In this document: piece after piece, positions 8,081 to 16,000 of the stretch | Layout: every line of letters starts with the position of its first letter | Position numbering within the stretch: position 1 is the first letter of the stretch | UHGV virus genome: UHGV-0362799 | Strand: one strand, 5' to 3' | From: a virus | DNA: 16,858 bases | Notes under the pieces: model-generated | The model's input: the letters and a program-made list of their open reading frames with translations, nothing else | What the model was told of the DNA's origin: nothing | The model's database searches: none | Position numbers and translations under genes: made by a program

Positions 8081-8612
8081 ACCGTCACTGCTCCCCCCTT
8101 CAGCCAGCGATTTCATGCGCTGCGTGGAGCGGGGGGCTACCCGGTTGTCAGCACTACCTGTCAGCCTTAATCAGCTCTGGGATCCTGACACCTGCCCGGT
8201 GGCCCTGCTGCCTTATCTGGCGTGGGCGCTGTCCGTGGACAGGTGGGATCGTGACTGGACGGAAGAAACAAAGCGCCAGGTGATCCGTGATGCCTGGGCT
8301 ATCCACCGCCATAAGGGAACCATCAGCGCCATCAGGCGTGTGGTTGAACCCTTTGGCTATGTCATTAACGTGACGGAATGGTGGGAAACCGGCGATCCGC
8401 GAGGGACTTTCCGGCTGGACATCGGTGTACTGGATACCGGTATCTCCGCTGCGACCTATACCGAGCTGGAGCGCCTCATCGATGATGCCCGCCCGGTGAG
8501 TCGCCATCTTACCGGATTAAATATTGTGCAGGACATTTACGGGGATGTGTACGTCGGCGGGGCTGTATTTTGCGGCGACACTATTGAGGTTTATCCGGGA
8601 GAGGTTGTCTGA
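8073..8612 (+). CDS. I: Baseplate/tail protein I (gpI family)
   Basis: Internal ATG at 8073 (MSEPSLLPP...) overlapping the J 3' end by 8 nt; about 179 aa, matching gpI size and position. Confidence 0.85.
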   Translation: MSEPSLLPPSASDFMRCVERGATRLSALPVSLNQLWDPDTCPVALLPYLAWALSVDRWDRDWTEETKRQVIRDAWAIHRHKGTISAIRRVVEPFGYVINVTEWWETGDPRGTFRLDIGVLDTGISAATYTELERLIDDARPVSRHLTGLNIVQDIYGDVYVGGAVFCGDTIEVYPGEVV

Positions 8613-8614
8613 AT

Positions 8615-11461
8615 ATGAAATATGGTGCCATTATCACAGCGGCTGGCGCTGCCAGGCTGGCTGCGGCCACAACAGCAACAGGCCAGAAGCTGAACATCAC
8701 TCACATGGCCGTGGGAGATGGTAATGGAAATCTCCCGGAACCATCGGCCTCACAGGCCGCCCTGATCAATGAAGTCTGGCGCGGGACGCTGAATAAAATT
8801 ACACAGAACAGCAAAGCGCCAAATCAGGTGATTGCGGAACTGGTTATTCCTCCGGAAGTTGGCGGCTTCTGGATGCGGGAGCTGGGGTTGTATGACGACA
8901 GCGGAACCCTGATTGCCGTCGCCAATATGGCAGAAAGCTACAAGCCGTTACTCGCCGAAGGTTCGGGGCGCTCAATGGTCTGCCGCATGTTCATCATCAT
9001 CAGCGATATGAACGCGGTGAATCTGTCAGTGGACAGCAGCGTCATTGCCGCAACACAGGAATATGTTAACGAAGCCATCTCCGGCCTGCACCGCGCCATC
9101 ATTGATGATGTGGTTCTTCAGCATAAAGTTGTCCACGATATTGACTACGCCGGTATTTTTGACGGCGCGGATAAGATGAGTCAGGGGTTCTGTATCTGTG
9201 ATACGCCGCAGGGAACCAGAATGTTTCTGCATCAGCCTGTATCGGGTGGCGTAAGGATTGTTGAAACGACATTTAACCCTGACGGAGAAAACGAAAACCC
9301 GACGGTCATTTCGTTTTCTCCCGTTTTCGCTGATATTGGTCACCAGAGTATCGGGGCTGTATGTGAAGACGGTCGCGTGATGCTGTATACCCCGACCGCT
9401 GACGGCAAGGGTGTGAATATCATCAACTGGAATGGGGCTGACACCAGTCTGACAGATGTCACCCGTACGGAGATTTTCACCTCTGACTTTTTTACCGGGG
9501 ATGAAATTATAACGGTGGCATTGTCGGCAGACGGAAGCCTGTTGATTGTTCAGTCAAGTAATGAAGCCGTCCATCTTCATTACAACAGGGATGACCGCCG
9601 CACAGTTTATGTTTTCGATCGCGCTTCTCTGACGTTTAAACACCGGATTTATCTGTCCACCCAGTCAATGGTGTCGCAGGCATTTCAGGGGATGGCCAGC
9701 GATGGTCATTATCTGTTTGCTTATTACGGTTATACAGGCGTATTTCTGACTCACCGCATTGTTGTATATAACCTGTCAACGGGCGAAGTTGTCAGACAGT
9801 TCAATGTGGATGGCGTTCGTGCCAGGTATGGCCGCCAGAAAATGCTGGGGAATGCAGAGCTGGGGTATCCCGTTTTGCAGGAAGCCGAAGGGCTGGCTCT
9901 CCATAACGGAAAACTGTATCTGCTCGATATGGATTTCTGGTGTCAGACAGCCGATGTGGTTTCTTTTGAGGGGGCATACTTTGCAGCACGTGCAACAAAT
10001 TTTTCTGGCCGTTCCCCGGTGAATCCATCTTACTGGACGCCTACAGCATATGGAACGGCGGCTGCAACGAAATATGATGCCACGAAGTCTTATACGTGTG
10101 GCGTGGCGACAAAACGCAGCAAAGCTGTGGTTTCCGTGGAGGCTTACGACGGCACAGGCTATCTGGTGGACTCCGGCGTGGCGTTTCCTGACAGCCATGC
10201 CAGCCTTTTTCTGAGTCCCAATGCTGTAAATATTGCCCTGTCACCCAATGAAGACTTCCAGGTGGCAGCCTATGAGCAGAATCTGCGCTCGCATCGCCCG
10301 TTATTTGAGGTCAGAAAGGAGGCTCCGGATACAGACACTTCTGCTGCTGTTTTTCGTTTGTTCGGGGATGCGTTCCGAACCGGAGAATACACAGGCCGCT
10401 ACGTTCAGTGGAAACACCGACTGAACGCCGTGCACGATTGTCTGGAAATACGCGCTGACGTGGATTTGTTGAGCGGTGGCGGGATTAACCTTTACTCAAT
10501 GAACGATACTCAGTCGGCGGGACGCACAAGGCTTTATTGCACCGATGGCAGTGAAACCTGGTCTGTATTATTGAGTCCGGTCTCGCCGTCATTTCATCCC
10601 GACCAGGACAAGGCAATGAATCTGGGGTCATCGCCAAATCGCTGGAATGTGGCATACCTGCAGGGCGTGAATATTAAATCGGATGACGAAACCCAGAAGC
10701 GCATGACCATCAGCACCACGCTGAAGGCGGGAGCTTTCCAGGTATCAACAGTCGGGAATCTGGGTATTTATGACGATTCTGCTGACGCTTATGTAATTGC
10801 AGCCCGTAGTGACGGCACTGCATTCATGCAGATGGATACAGATATTAACGGTGCATTCCGGCCATCGGTTAACAATACCAGCGACCTGGGTGCGCCCAAC
10901 AAAGCGTTCCGGAGCGTGTATCTCTGCAACTCGCCGACCGTTGTGTCGGATGCGACGTTAAAGGATACACCGCGCGATGCGACGGCAGCCGAAAACGCGG
11001 CATTTGCAGAAATAGCACGGCTTCCGGGCGTGTGGCGCTGGTTACAGAGAATTGAGGAGGAGGGCGAGGACGCGCGTCTGCACGCCGGGCCGACAGTCCA
11101 GGCCGCGATAGCCGTGATGGAGAAACACGGTCTGGACTGGCGGAAATACAGCGCATTTTGTCTGGATTCGTGGGAAGCGGAGGAGGCACAGTACGAAGAT
11201 ATACCGGAAGAGTATGAAGATATTCCGGTTCAGCCAGCGATTTATTCGGATGAAGGGGAGCTGTTGAGCGGGACAACCCGTGTGCTTACCCGACAGGCGG
11301 AAAGGGTTCTTGTTCGCCCTGCAACCGAAGCAGGAAGCCGTTATCGCTTCCGGAAAGAGGAGCTTCTCTGGTGGTGTCTGCGTGCTGTTGTCAGCCAGGT
11401 GGATGCGCTGACAGAGAGTATCAGCGCACTTACCCGCCGTGTTGATTTACTGGAGGAATAA
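8615..11461 (+). CDS. H: Tail fiber protein (gpH family N-terminus; divergent central region; C-terminal intramolecular-chaperone-like domain)
   Basis: 948 aa. N-terminal about 160 aa carries the conserved gpH block ...MAVGDG...ELVIPPEVGGFWMRELGLYDDSGTLIAVANMAESYKP. The rest diverges from P2 H. The C-terminal about 170 aa begins SDATLKD and ends in a predicted helix, resembling peptidase S74-type self-cleaving chaperone domains. Confidence 0.9.
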   Translation: MKYGAIITAAGAARLAAATTATGQKLNITHMAVGDGNGNLPEPSASQAALINEVWRGTLNKITQNSKAPNQVIAELVIPPEVGGFWMRELGLYDDSGTLIAVANMAESYKPLLAEGSGRSMVCRMFIIISDMNAVNLSVDSSVIAATQEYVNEAISGLHRAIIDDVVLQHKVVHDIDYAGIFDGADKMSQGFCICDTPQGTRMFLHQPVSGGVRIVETTFNPDGENENPTVISFSPVFADIGHQSIGAVCEDGRVMLYTPTADGKGVNIINWNGADTSLTDVTRTEIFTSDFFTGDEIITVALSADGSLLIVQSSNEAVHLHYNRDDRRTVYVFDRASLTFKHRIYLSTQSMVSQAFQGMASDGHYLFAYYGYTGVFLTHRIVVYNLSTGEVVRQFNVDGVRARYGRQKMLGNAELGYPVLQEAEGLALHNGKLYLLDMDFWCQTADVVSFEGAYFAARATNFSGRSPVNPSYWTPTAYGTAAATKYDATKSYTCGVATKRSKAVVSVEAYDGTGYLVDSGVAFPDSHASLFLSPNAVNIALSPNEDFQVAAYEQNLRSHRPLFEVRKEAPDTDTSAAVFRLFGDAFRTGEYTGRYVQWKHRLNAVHDCLEIRADVDLLSGGGINLYSMNDTQSAGRTRLYCTDGSETWSVLLSPVSPSFHPDQDKAMNLGSSPNRWNVAYLQGVNIKSDDETQKRMTISTTLKAGAFQVSTVGNLGIYDDSADAYVIAARSDGTAFMQMDTDINGAFRPSVNNTSDLGAPNKAFRSVYLCNSPTVVSDATLKDTPRDATAAENAAFAEIARLPGVWRWLQRIEEEGEDARLHAGPTVQAAIAVMEKHGLDWRKYSAFCLDSWEAEEAQYEDIPEEYEDIPVQPAIYSDEGELLSGTTRVLTRQAERVLVRPATEAGSRYRFRKEELLWWCLRAVVSQVDALTESISALTRRVDLLEE

Positions 11462-11463
11462 TT

Positions 11464-11748
11464 ATGGACTTAACACCGGTGTTCCATGCACTTTGTGCGG
11501 TGGCCGCTCAGTTTCTGGTTGGTCTTTTTACCGGAAACTGGGCTTACGGAGCGATAGCCGGTTGTACGTTCTTCATTGCGCGTGAACACACCCAGGCAGA
11601 ATATCGCTGGATTGAAATGTTCGGGCATGGCAGGCGTATGAATATGCCGTGGTGGGGCGGTTTTGACCCACGAGCGTGGGATATGGCAAGTCTGATGGAT
11701 TTTGCAGTGCCGGTGGTGGCATGTCTGCTGGTCTGGCTGGTCGTATGA
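11464..11748 (+). CDS. Small hypothetical membrane protein, translationally coupled to the tail fiber gene
   Basis: ATG 3 nt after the H stop with excellent RBS GGAGGA 6 nt upstream; 94 aa with two hydrophobic segments (residues about 6-39 and 77-94) flanking a Trp/Arg-rich loop; followed directly by a terminator. No family recognised. Confidence 0.6.
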   Translation: MDLTPVFHALCAVAAQFLVGLFTGNWAYGAIAGCTFFIAREHTQAEYRWIEMFGHGRRMNMPWWGGFDPRAWDMASLMDFAVPVVACLLVWLVV

Positions 11749-11760
11749 CGTAGCAGGAAA

Positions 11761-11785
11761 CAGGGGGATTTGCCCCTGTTTTTTT
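11761..11785 (+). terminator. Rho-independent terminator ending the fiber operon
   Basis: CAGGGG-GATTTG-CCCCTG hairpin followed by TTTTTTT, 13 nt after the stop of the 94-aa gene. Confidence 0.7.
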
Positions 11786-11786
11786 G

Positions 11787-11930
11787 TTCAGAATGCAGCC
11801 TTCACCATTCGTCTCTAATCGTATTCAGTAATTCGCCCGCAGAAACAAACTAAAATTCATCCCCCGCATCACGCCACTGAAAGCAGACGGTAAACTCCAG
11901 ATTTTCAAACCAGCGTCAGAAGTATTTAAA
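11787..11930 (-). pseudogene. Degenerate remnant of a gpU 3' end (frameshifted fragment)
   Basis: About 70-80% nucleotide identity by eye to 12569-12705, the 3' end of the intact U gene. Reverse translation gives ...SAGELLNTIRD then a 1-nt deletion relative to U (...SAGELLNALKDKMPVAAF*). No start codon and no upstream part of the gene. Confidence 0.55.
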
Positions 11931-12151
11931 TGGCACCAGATGTAATATGCAGGCGATTAATATGGTGTGCTTAAAGATCATAAAAGCGGGCAACATTAAA
12001 ACTCCGGGCTGTGTAAATTACCGCCACTCATAATCAGAGATGAAAACAGAATTAAACTGGCGGAGTGGATTGTATACATAAAATAAGTTCAGTTGTTGAC
12101 TTTCACTTCCGTGAATTGATGAAGGTTATTACAATACATCGGTATGATCTC

Positions 12152-12176
12152 TCCTCCTTAAAAGGGAGGACTTTTT
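12152..12176 (+). terminator. Candidate intrinsic terminator
   Basis: TCCTCCT-TAAAA-GGGAGGA hairpin followed by CTTTTT. Confidence 0.45.
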
Positions 12177-12193
12177 AGAACGCAGAAATTATT

Positions 12194-12256
12194 TATAATC
12201 CCGTAGTGTTCTATACATGCAAACATTCTTTTTCCGCCCCGTGCGGGCTTTTTTTT
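12194..12256 (+). ncRNA. Candidate small transcription unit S1 (-10 TATAATCCC to short GC hairpin plus T8)
   Basis: TATAAT at 12194-12199 with AT-rich upstream region; GC stem 12236-12248 followed by T8 (12249-12256); predicted transcript about 50 nt; no convincing ORF or RBS. Confidence 0.25.
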
Positions 12257-12324
12257 GCCGCAAAGATACAGTAACAAACAAAATTGTAATCATGGCAATC
12301 AAAACACGAGAAACATTTTCAGCA

Positions 12325-12353
12325 ATTGCAATAACAAATTAAAATATTGCAAT
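12325..12353. promoter_or_regulatory. Two perfect ATTGCAAT palindromes spaced 21 bp centre to centre (operator-like); a third, imperfect, ATTGTAAT lies at 12283-12290
   Basis: ATTGCAAT at 12325-12332 and 12346-12353; the second overlaps the -35 of the S2 promoter; ATTGTAAT is centred 42 bp upstream of the first. Confidence 0.35.
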
Positions 12354-12376
12354 TGACAATCCCCGCTTAATATAAT
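12347..12376 (+). promoter_or_regulatory. Candidate sigma70 promoter (TTGCAA-N18-TATAAT)
   Basis: TTGCAA 12347-12352 and TATAAT 12371-12376; an alternative -35 TTGACA at 12353-12358 gives only a 12-bp spacer. Confidence 0.4.
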
Positions 12377-12382
12377 CCCTTC

Positions 12383-12444
12383 CGGAACATAGAACATTAA
12401 ATCTTCACACAATGCATGTTGCCCTCTTTATGAGGGCTTTTTTT
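12383..12444 (+). ncRNA. Candidate small RNA S2 (promoter to terminator, about 60 nt)
   Basis: Predicted start about 7 nt after the -10; ends at the GCCCTC-TTTAT-GAGGGC plus T7 terminator (12421-12444); only a 30-aa ORF without RBS runs through the terminator. Confidence 0.3.
12421..12444 (+). terminator. Rho-independent terminator
   Basis: GCCCTC / GAGGGC stem with 5-nt loop followed by TTTTTTT. Confidence 0.65.
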
Positions 12445-12537
12445 ATTTCCAGAATATCACCATTGCCATCATCGGGCGATTTATATATAGTCAGAATGTA
12501 TTGACAACATTTTGCTTCTTTTCCATGAAGGCCATAA

Positions 12538-12567
12538 GGGAGTGCTTTTTACACTCCCTCTTTTTTT
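12538..12567 (+). terminator. Rho-independent terminator (+ strand) abutting the U stop codon
   Basis: GGGAGTG-CTTTTTA-CACTCCC followed by TCTTTTTTT. In the - orientation the hairpin is followed only by UUAU, so it acts mainly on + strand transcription heading into U antisense. Confidence 0.65.
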
Positions 12568-12569
12568 AT

Positions 12570-13028
12570 TCAGAATGCAGCCACAGGCATTTTGTCTTTA
12601 AGCGCGTTCAGCAGTTCGCCCGCAGAAGCAGACTGAAACCGCTCTCTCATATCCTCATCACACCGCTGAAAGCTGATGGAAAACTCAATCTTTTTTGCCT
12701 TTCCGTAACGATCCAGCTCGGAGCGGGTGGTCTGTAATCCTGTAATCACGTACATTCCGTAAATCTGCCCCGTGCCATCAATCAGCGGCCAGGGACATCC
12801 GGTGTAGGCCTGGGTGTTCAGCAGTGTCAGTGACACCTCACCACCGGTAATTTCCGGGTACAACAGACCGGACAGCGTGATCTGATCGTCACCTGCGCCA
12901 ATATACTGCCAGGCCGCAGAGCGGTTAATGCGCTCATTTTTCACATGTCGCCATGTTTTGCTCTGCTGGATCTGCTGATGCGGAAGCGTTTTCAGCTCAA
13001 ACACAAACATGCCAAAAATCATCATCAT
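12570..13028 (-). CDS. U: Tail protein U (gpU family)
   Basis: 152 aa, starts MMMIFGMFVFELKTLPHQQIQQSKTWRHV...LSGLLYPEITGG, recalled as the gpU family signature; RBS AGGAGA upstream; directly downstream of the tape measure gene. Confidence 0.85.
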   Translation of the reverse strand: MMMIFGMFVFELKTLPHQQIQQSKTWRHVKNERINRSAAWQYIGAGDDQITLSGLLYPEITGGEVSLTLLNTQAYTGCPWPLIDGTGQIYGMYVITGLQTTRSELDRYGKAKKIEFSISFQRCDEDMRERFQSASAGELLNALKDKMPVAAF

Positions 13029-13041
13029 AATTGCGTCTCCT

Positions 13042-16000
13042 TTAGTCCCTGTCGCGGAAGCTGTTCATGCCTGTACGCGCCTGTCTGCGCATCTCTTCGC
13101 GGACGGCCTCACCAACCAGTTTTGCCAGTTCGCGCGGATTCTGTGTGTTGACGTTGTGCAGATGTACATGTATCTCACCGGAAAACGCAGCCGCCTGCGG
13201 CTGTGGCGCAGCTTCCCTTCTGGCCGCATCCGGTCGCAACGGGGGCCGGATAGCCTCCGCGACGGGAGCGGAAGCCATTACCGCCCCCGTCATACCTTCA
13301 GCCACGTTACGCGGCTGCGGCAGTGCGGAGACCTGGCGGGCCACGTTCACAACGGGAGCGGGGGCACTCACCGCAGGGGTGGGCAGTACACCTGTCAGTC
13401 TCTGCCAGAGCATTGTCAGTGCATCCGTCAGCCCTACGCCCGCCGATACCGCCTGCACCGTCCGGACAACCTGCGGTGCTTTCCACTCGCCGTGAATGAT
13501 TTCGGATCCGGGCAGATTTTTGAAAACAATATCGCCGGGACCGACGCGCCTGCGTGTTTCCTCAAGAAGCCCGCCGGTGTTGCTGGCGGTTTTCTGTATC
13601 CCCTGCCGGAACCATGCCTCATCCAGCGGGGATTTGCTGCCGGGTTTGCCGACCGGATTGTCCGCCGTTCCCCTCACCTCTCCGGGAACAGCAGGGGCAG
13701 GTACTGCGGGTTTATTGTCACCGTTGTTTTCCGCTGCATCTGATGACCACGACCATGGTTTCTGCACCATTTTTTTCTGTGCAGGATCCCACTCCCACGC
13801 AACCGGCGCTTTTTGTGTGGCCTGTTTTGCGGCGCTCTCCTGGAGTTTTTGCGTCTCCTTCTGTGCCTCTTTGATGCCGTCCGGGATGACACCCAGCCAC
13901 TTCAGCACGGTACCGAGGCCATCAAGGAGCAGCGTCAGCGGCCCCAGCACAATGTTCTGAATGACCCACCCCAGCGTTTTCCCGAACGACTCCCCTGCAC
14001 TGGTGCATTTGTCGAGCGTCTCTTTTGAGGCGTTCGCAGGTTCAAGCAGGCGGGTGAACCACTCCCACACGGCTTTGATGCCGTCGCCAATCAGCCCGAA
14101 CACCGGAGCCAGCGATGCAAAGGCTTGCCGCAGCGGTTGCAGCGCCTCCCACACTCCGGCAAAAAAGCCGGAAAAAAACGCGCTGATCTGATCCCAGTAT
14201 TTCCACACCAGAACCGCGCCGCCCACCAGGGCGGCAACAATCAGCCCGACCGGACTGAACAGCGCCCCCAGTGCGCCCCCCAGTACCGACACCGCCCCCG
14301 TGACCAGCCCCCACAGCGCAGGCAGCCCCGTCAGGCGCAGTGCCATCGCAGACACAAGCCGGACAGCACCACCAATGCCACCGCCCCCCGTCAGCAGCCC
14401 CAGTCCCAGTTGCAGTTTTGCCAGTGGCCCCGCAATCAGCCCGAGCGTCAGTGACAGCGCACCGAACGTGGAAGACAGCGCCAGAACACTACCGCCGGTC
14501 AGCACCAGCCCCCTGACCAGCGCCTGGTGCTCTCCGACCCATTCGCGCATCCGGGTCATCCACGCGCTCACCGTCTGAACCAGCCCGCGCAAATCCTCCG
14601 TCACTGTACCGAAGATGTCCGTGCGTAGCCCTGAGAACGCACCACTCAGCGCCTGAACATCGCCGGAAAGATTACCGCGCAGTGTCTGCCCCATGCGGTC
14701 TGCCACGCCGCTGACATCACCCAGGTTGTCACGGACATCAGCCAGCGCCCTCAGGAACTGCGGGATCTGGTCAACGGAAAGGTCTTCAACGGGTGTGCCG
14801 AACAGCGCAATGGCCGTGTTCGCCCGCTCTGCCGGGTCACGGATGGCCAGCAGTGCACGGGCGGTCACCTGCATCGCCTGACGAGCAGTGCTGCCTCCCT
14901 GTGCAATGGCAGCAGACACCCGCTCAGCATTCAGGCCGAGAGTCTCATACGCTGAGACACTGGATTTCGACATATCCGAACCCCGGATGCTGAACTCCTT
15001 CACGGCATCGCCGGTTTTGTCCAGCGCAAACTTGCCCTGCTTTGCCATCTCAACCAGCAGACTCATTGTCTCGCTGCCGGTGAAGCCCATGTTGCGGAAG
15101 TGGGTGGAATACTCGTGCAGAATTTCCGGCAGTTCATCGCGCATTTCAGCGGACATACGCTGCATCCCTGCCGTCATCAGGTTAGTAGCCTCGTCACTGC
15201 TGGCAGCCAGCCCGTTCTTCATCATGATGGCAGCGGCCTGAATGCTCTGCGGCACATCAACACCAAAGACGGTCCGCATATCCAGCGCACGACGGCTGAT
15301 GCGCTCCAGTTCCCGGTCGCCGGTGTCGCCCAGTGCGCCGAGCGTACTGCGTACCGCACTCACAGCCTCCGCAGCACCGGCAAAATCAGCGAGACCGTCA
15401 GCCTGTATGTTACGAATAATGTGGGTGTAACGTGCGCCATCCTGTGCGCCTTCCCCCGAACCGGCTGCGATGACCGCACCGTGCTGTTCGGACTCCATCG
15501 CCGGAGCCATCATACGCTGCGCCGCATACAGGCCGCCTGTACCCGCCGCCATCGCCACAGCCCCTGTGTTGCGCAGTTTTTCCGCCTGTGCCTTCGCGGC
15601 CTCATAGCGGCTCTGTGCCTGCGTCACGCGAGCCAGTGCCTGCCGTTCGCGCTCGAGCTGCTCGTTGTACTGCTGTGTACGGCGAACGGCACTTTCAATG
15701 GTGCGGCTGCTGCCGGAAAGCAGAATGCCGTGTTTGCGCATTTCCCCTGCCGCCGCCTGAAGTTTTTCGCGCTCACGCGTGCGCAGCTCGTTCAGGCGCT
15801 CAAGCCGTGCAGACAGCGCCGTCATCATCTCCCGCTGCTTTTCAGAGAGGGTGTTGCCGTTCTGCTCTGCCTTTCGCAGTCCGGCGAGCCTCTGCTCCGC
15901 GCGGGCAATCTGTTCGCGGTATTTACTGAGATTTCCGGCGGCACGTTCGAACACCTTCGACTGCCTGTCGAGCGTCTGTATGTTGTCCTGCGTCTTCTGA

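Noticed and set aside
12096-12134. TTGACT-based sigma70 promoter near 12096
   Set aside because: No acceptable -10 hexamer at 16-18 bp spacing (ATGAAG at 17 bp; TACAAT lies 28 bp away); left uncalled.
11936-12540. Small ORFs in the AT-rich island as type I toxin candidates (for example - strand 34-aa MITILFVTVSLRQKKARTGRKK..., + strand 42-aa MQTFFFRPVRAFF...)
   Set aside because: No ribosome-binding sites; hydrophobic stretches too short for a transmembrane helix; the + strand ORFs derive their Phe runs from terminator T-tracts. Not enough to call a toxin-antitoxin locus.
11749-12569. CRISPR array, tRNA/tmRNA gene, retron msr/msd or integrase attachment core in the intergenic island
   Set aside because: No regularly spaced direct repeats with unique spacers, no tRNA-like T-arm motif (GGTTCGAATCC-type), and no reverse transcriptase or integrase gene nearby; the repeats present are degenerate gene-end duplicates and palindromes.
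12501-12737. 78-aa + strand ORF spanning the 12538-12567 terminator and running antisense into U
   Set aside because: It reads through a strong hairpin/T-tract, lacks an RBS, and its 3' part is the reverse complement of the conserved U C-terminus.
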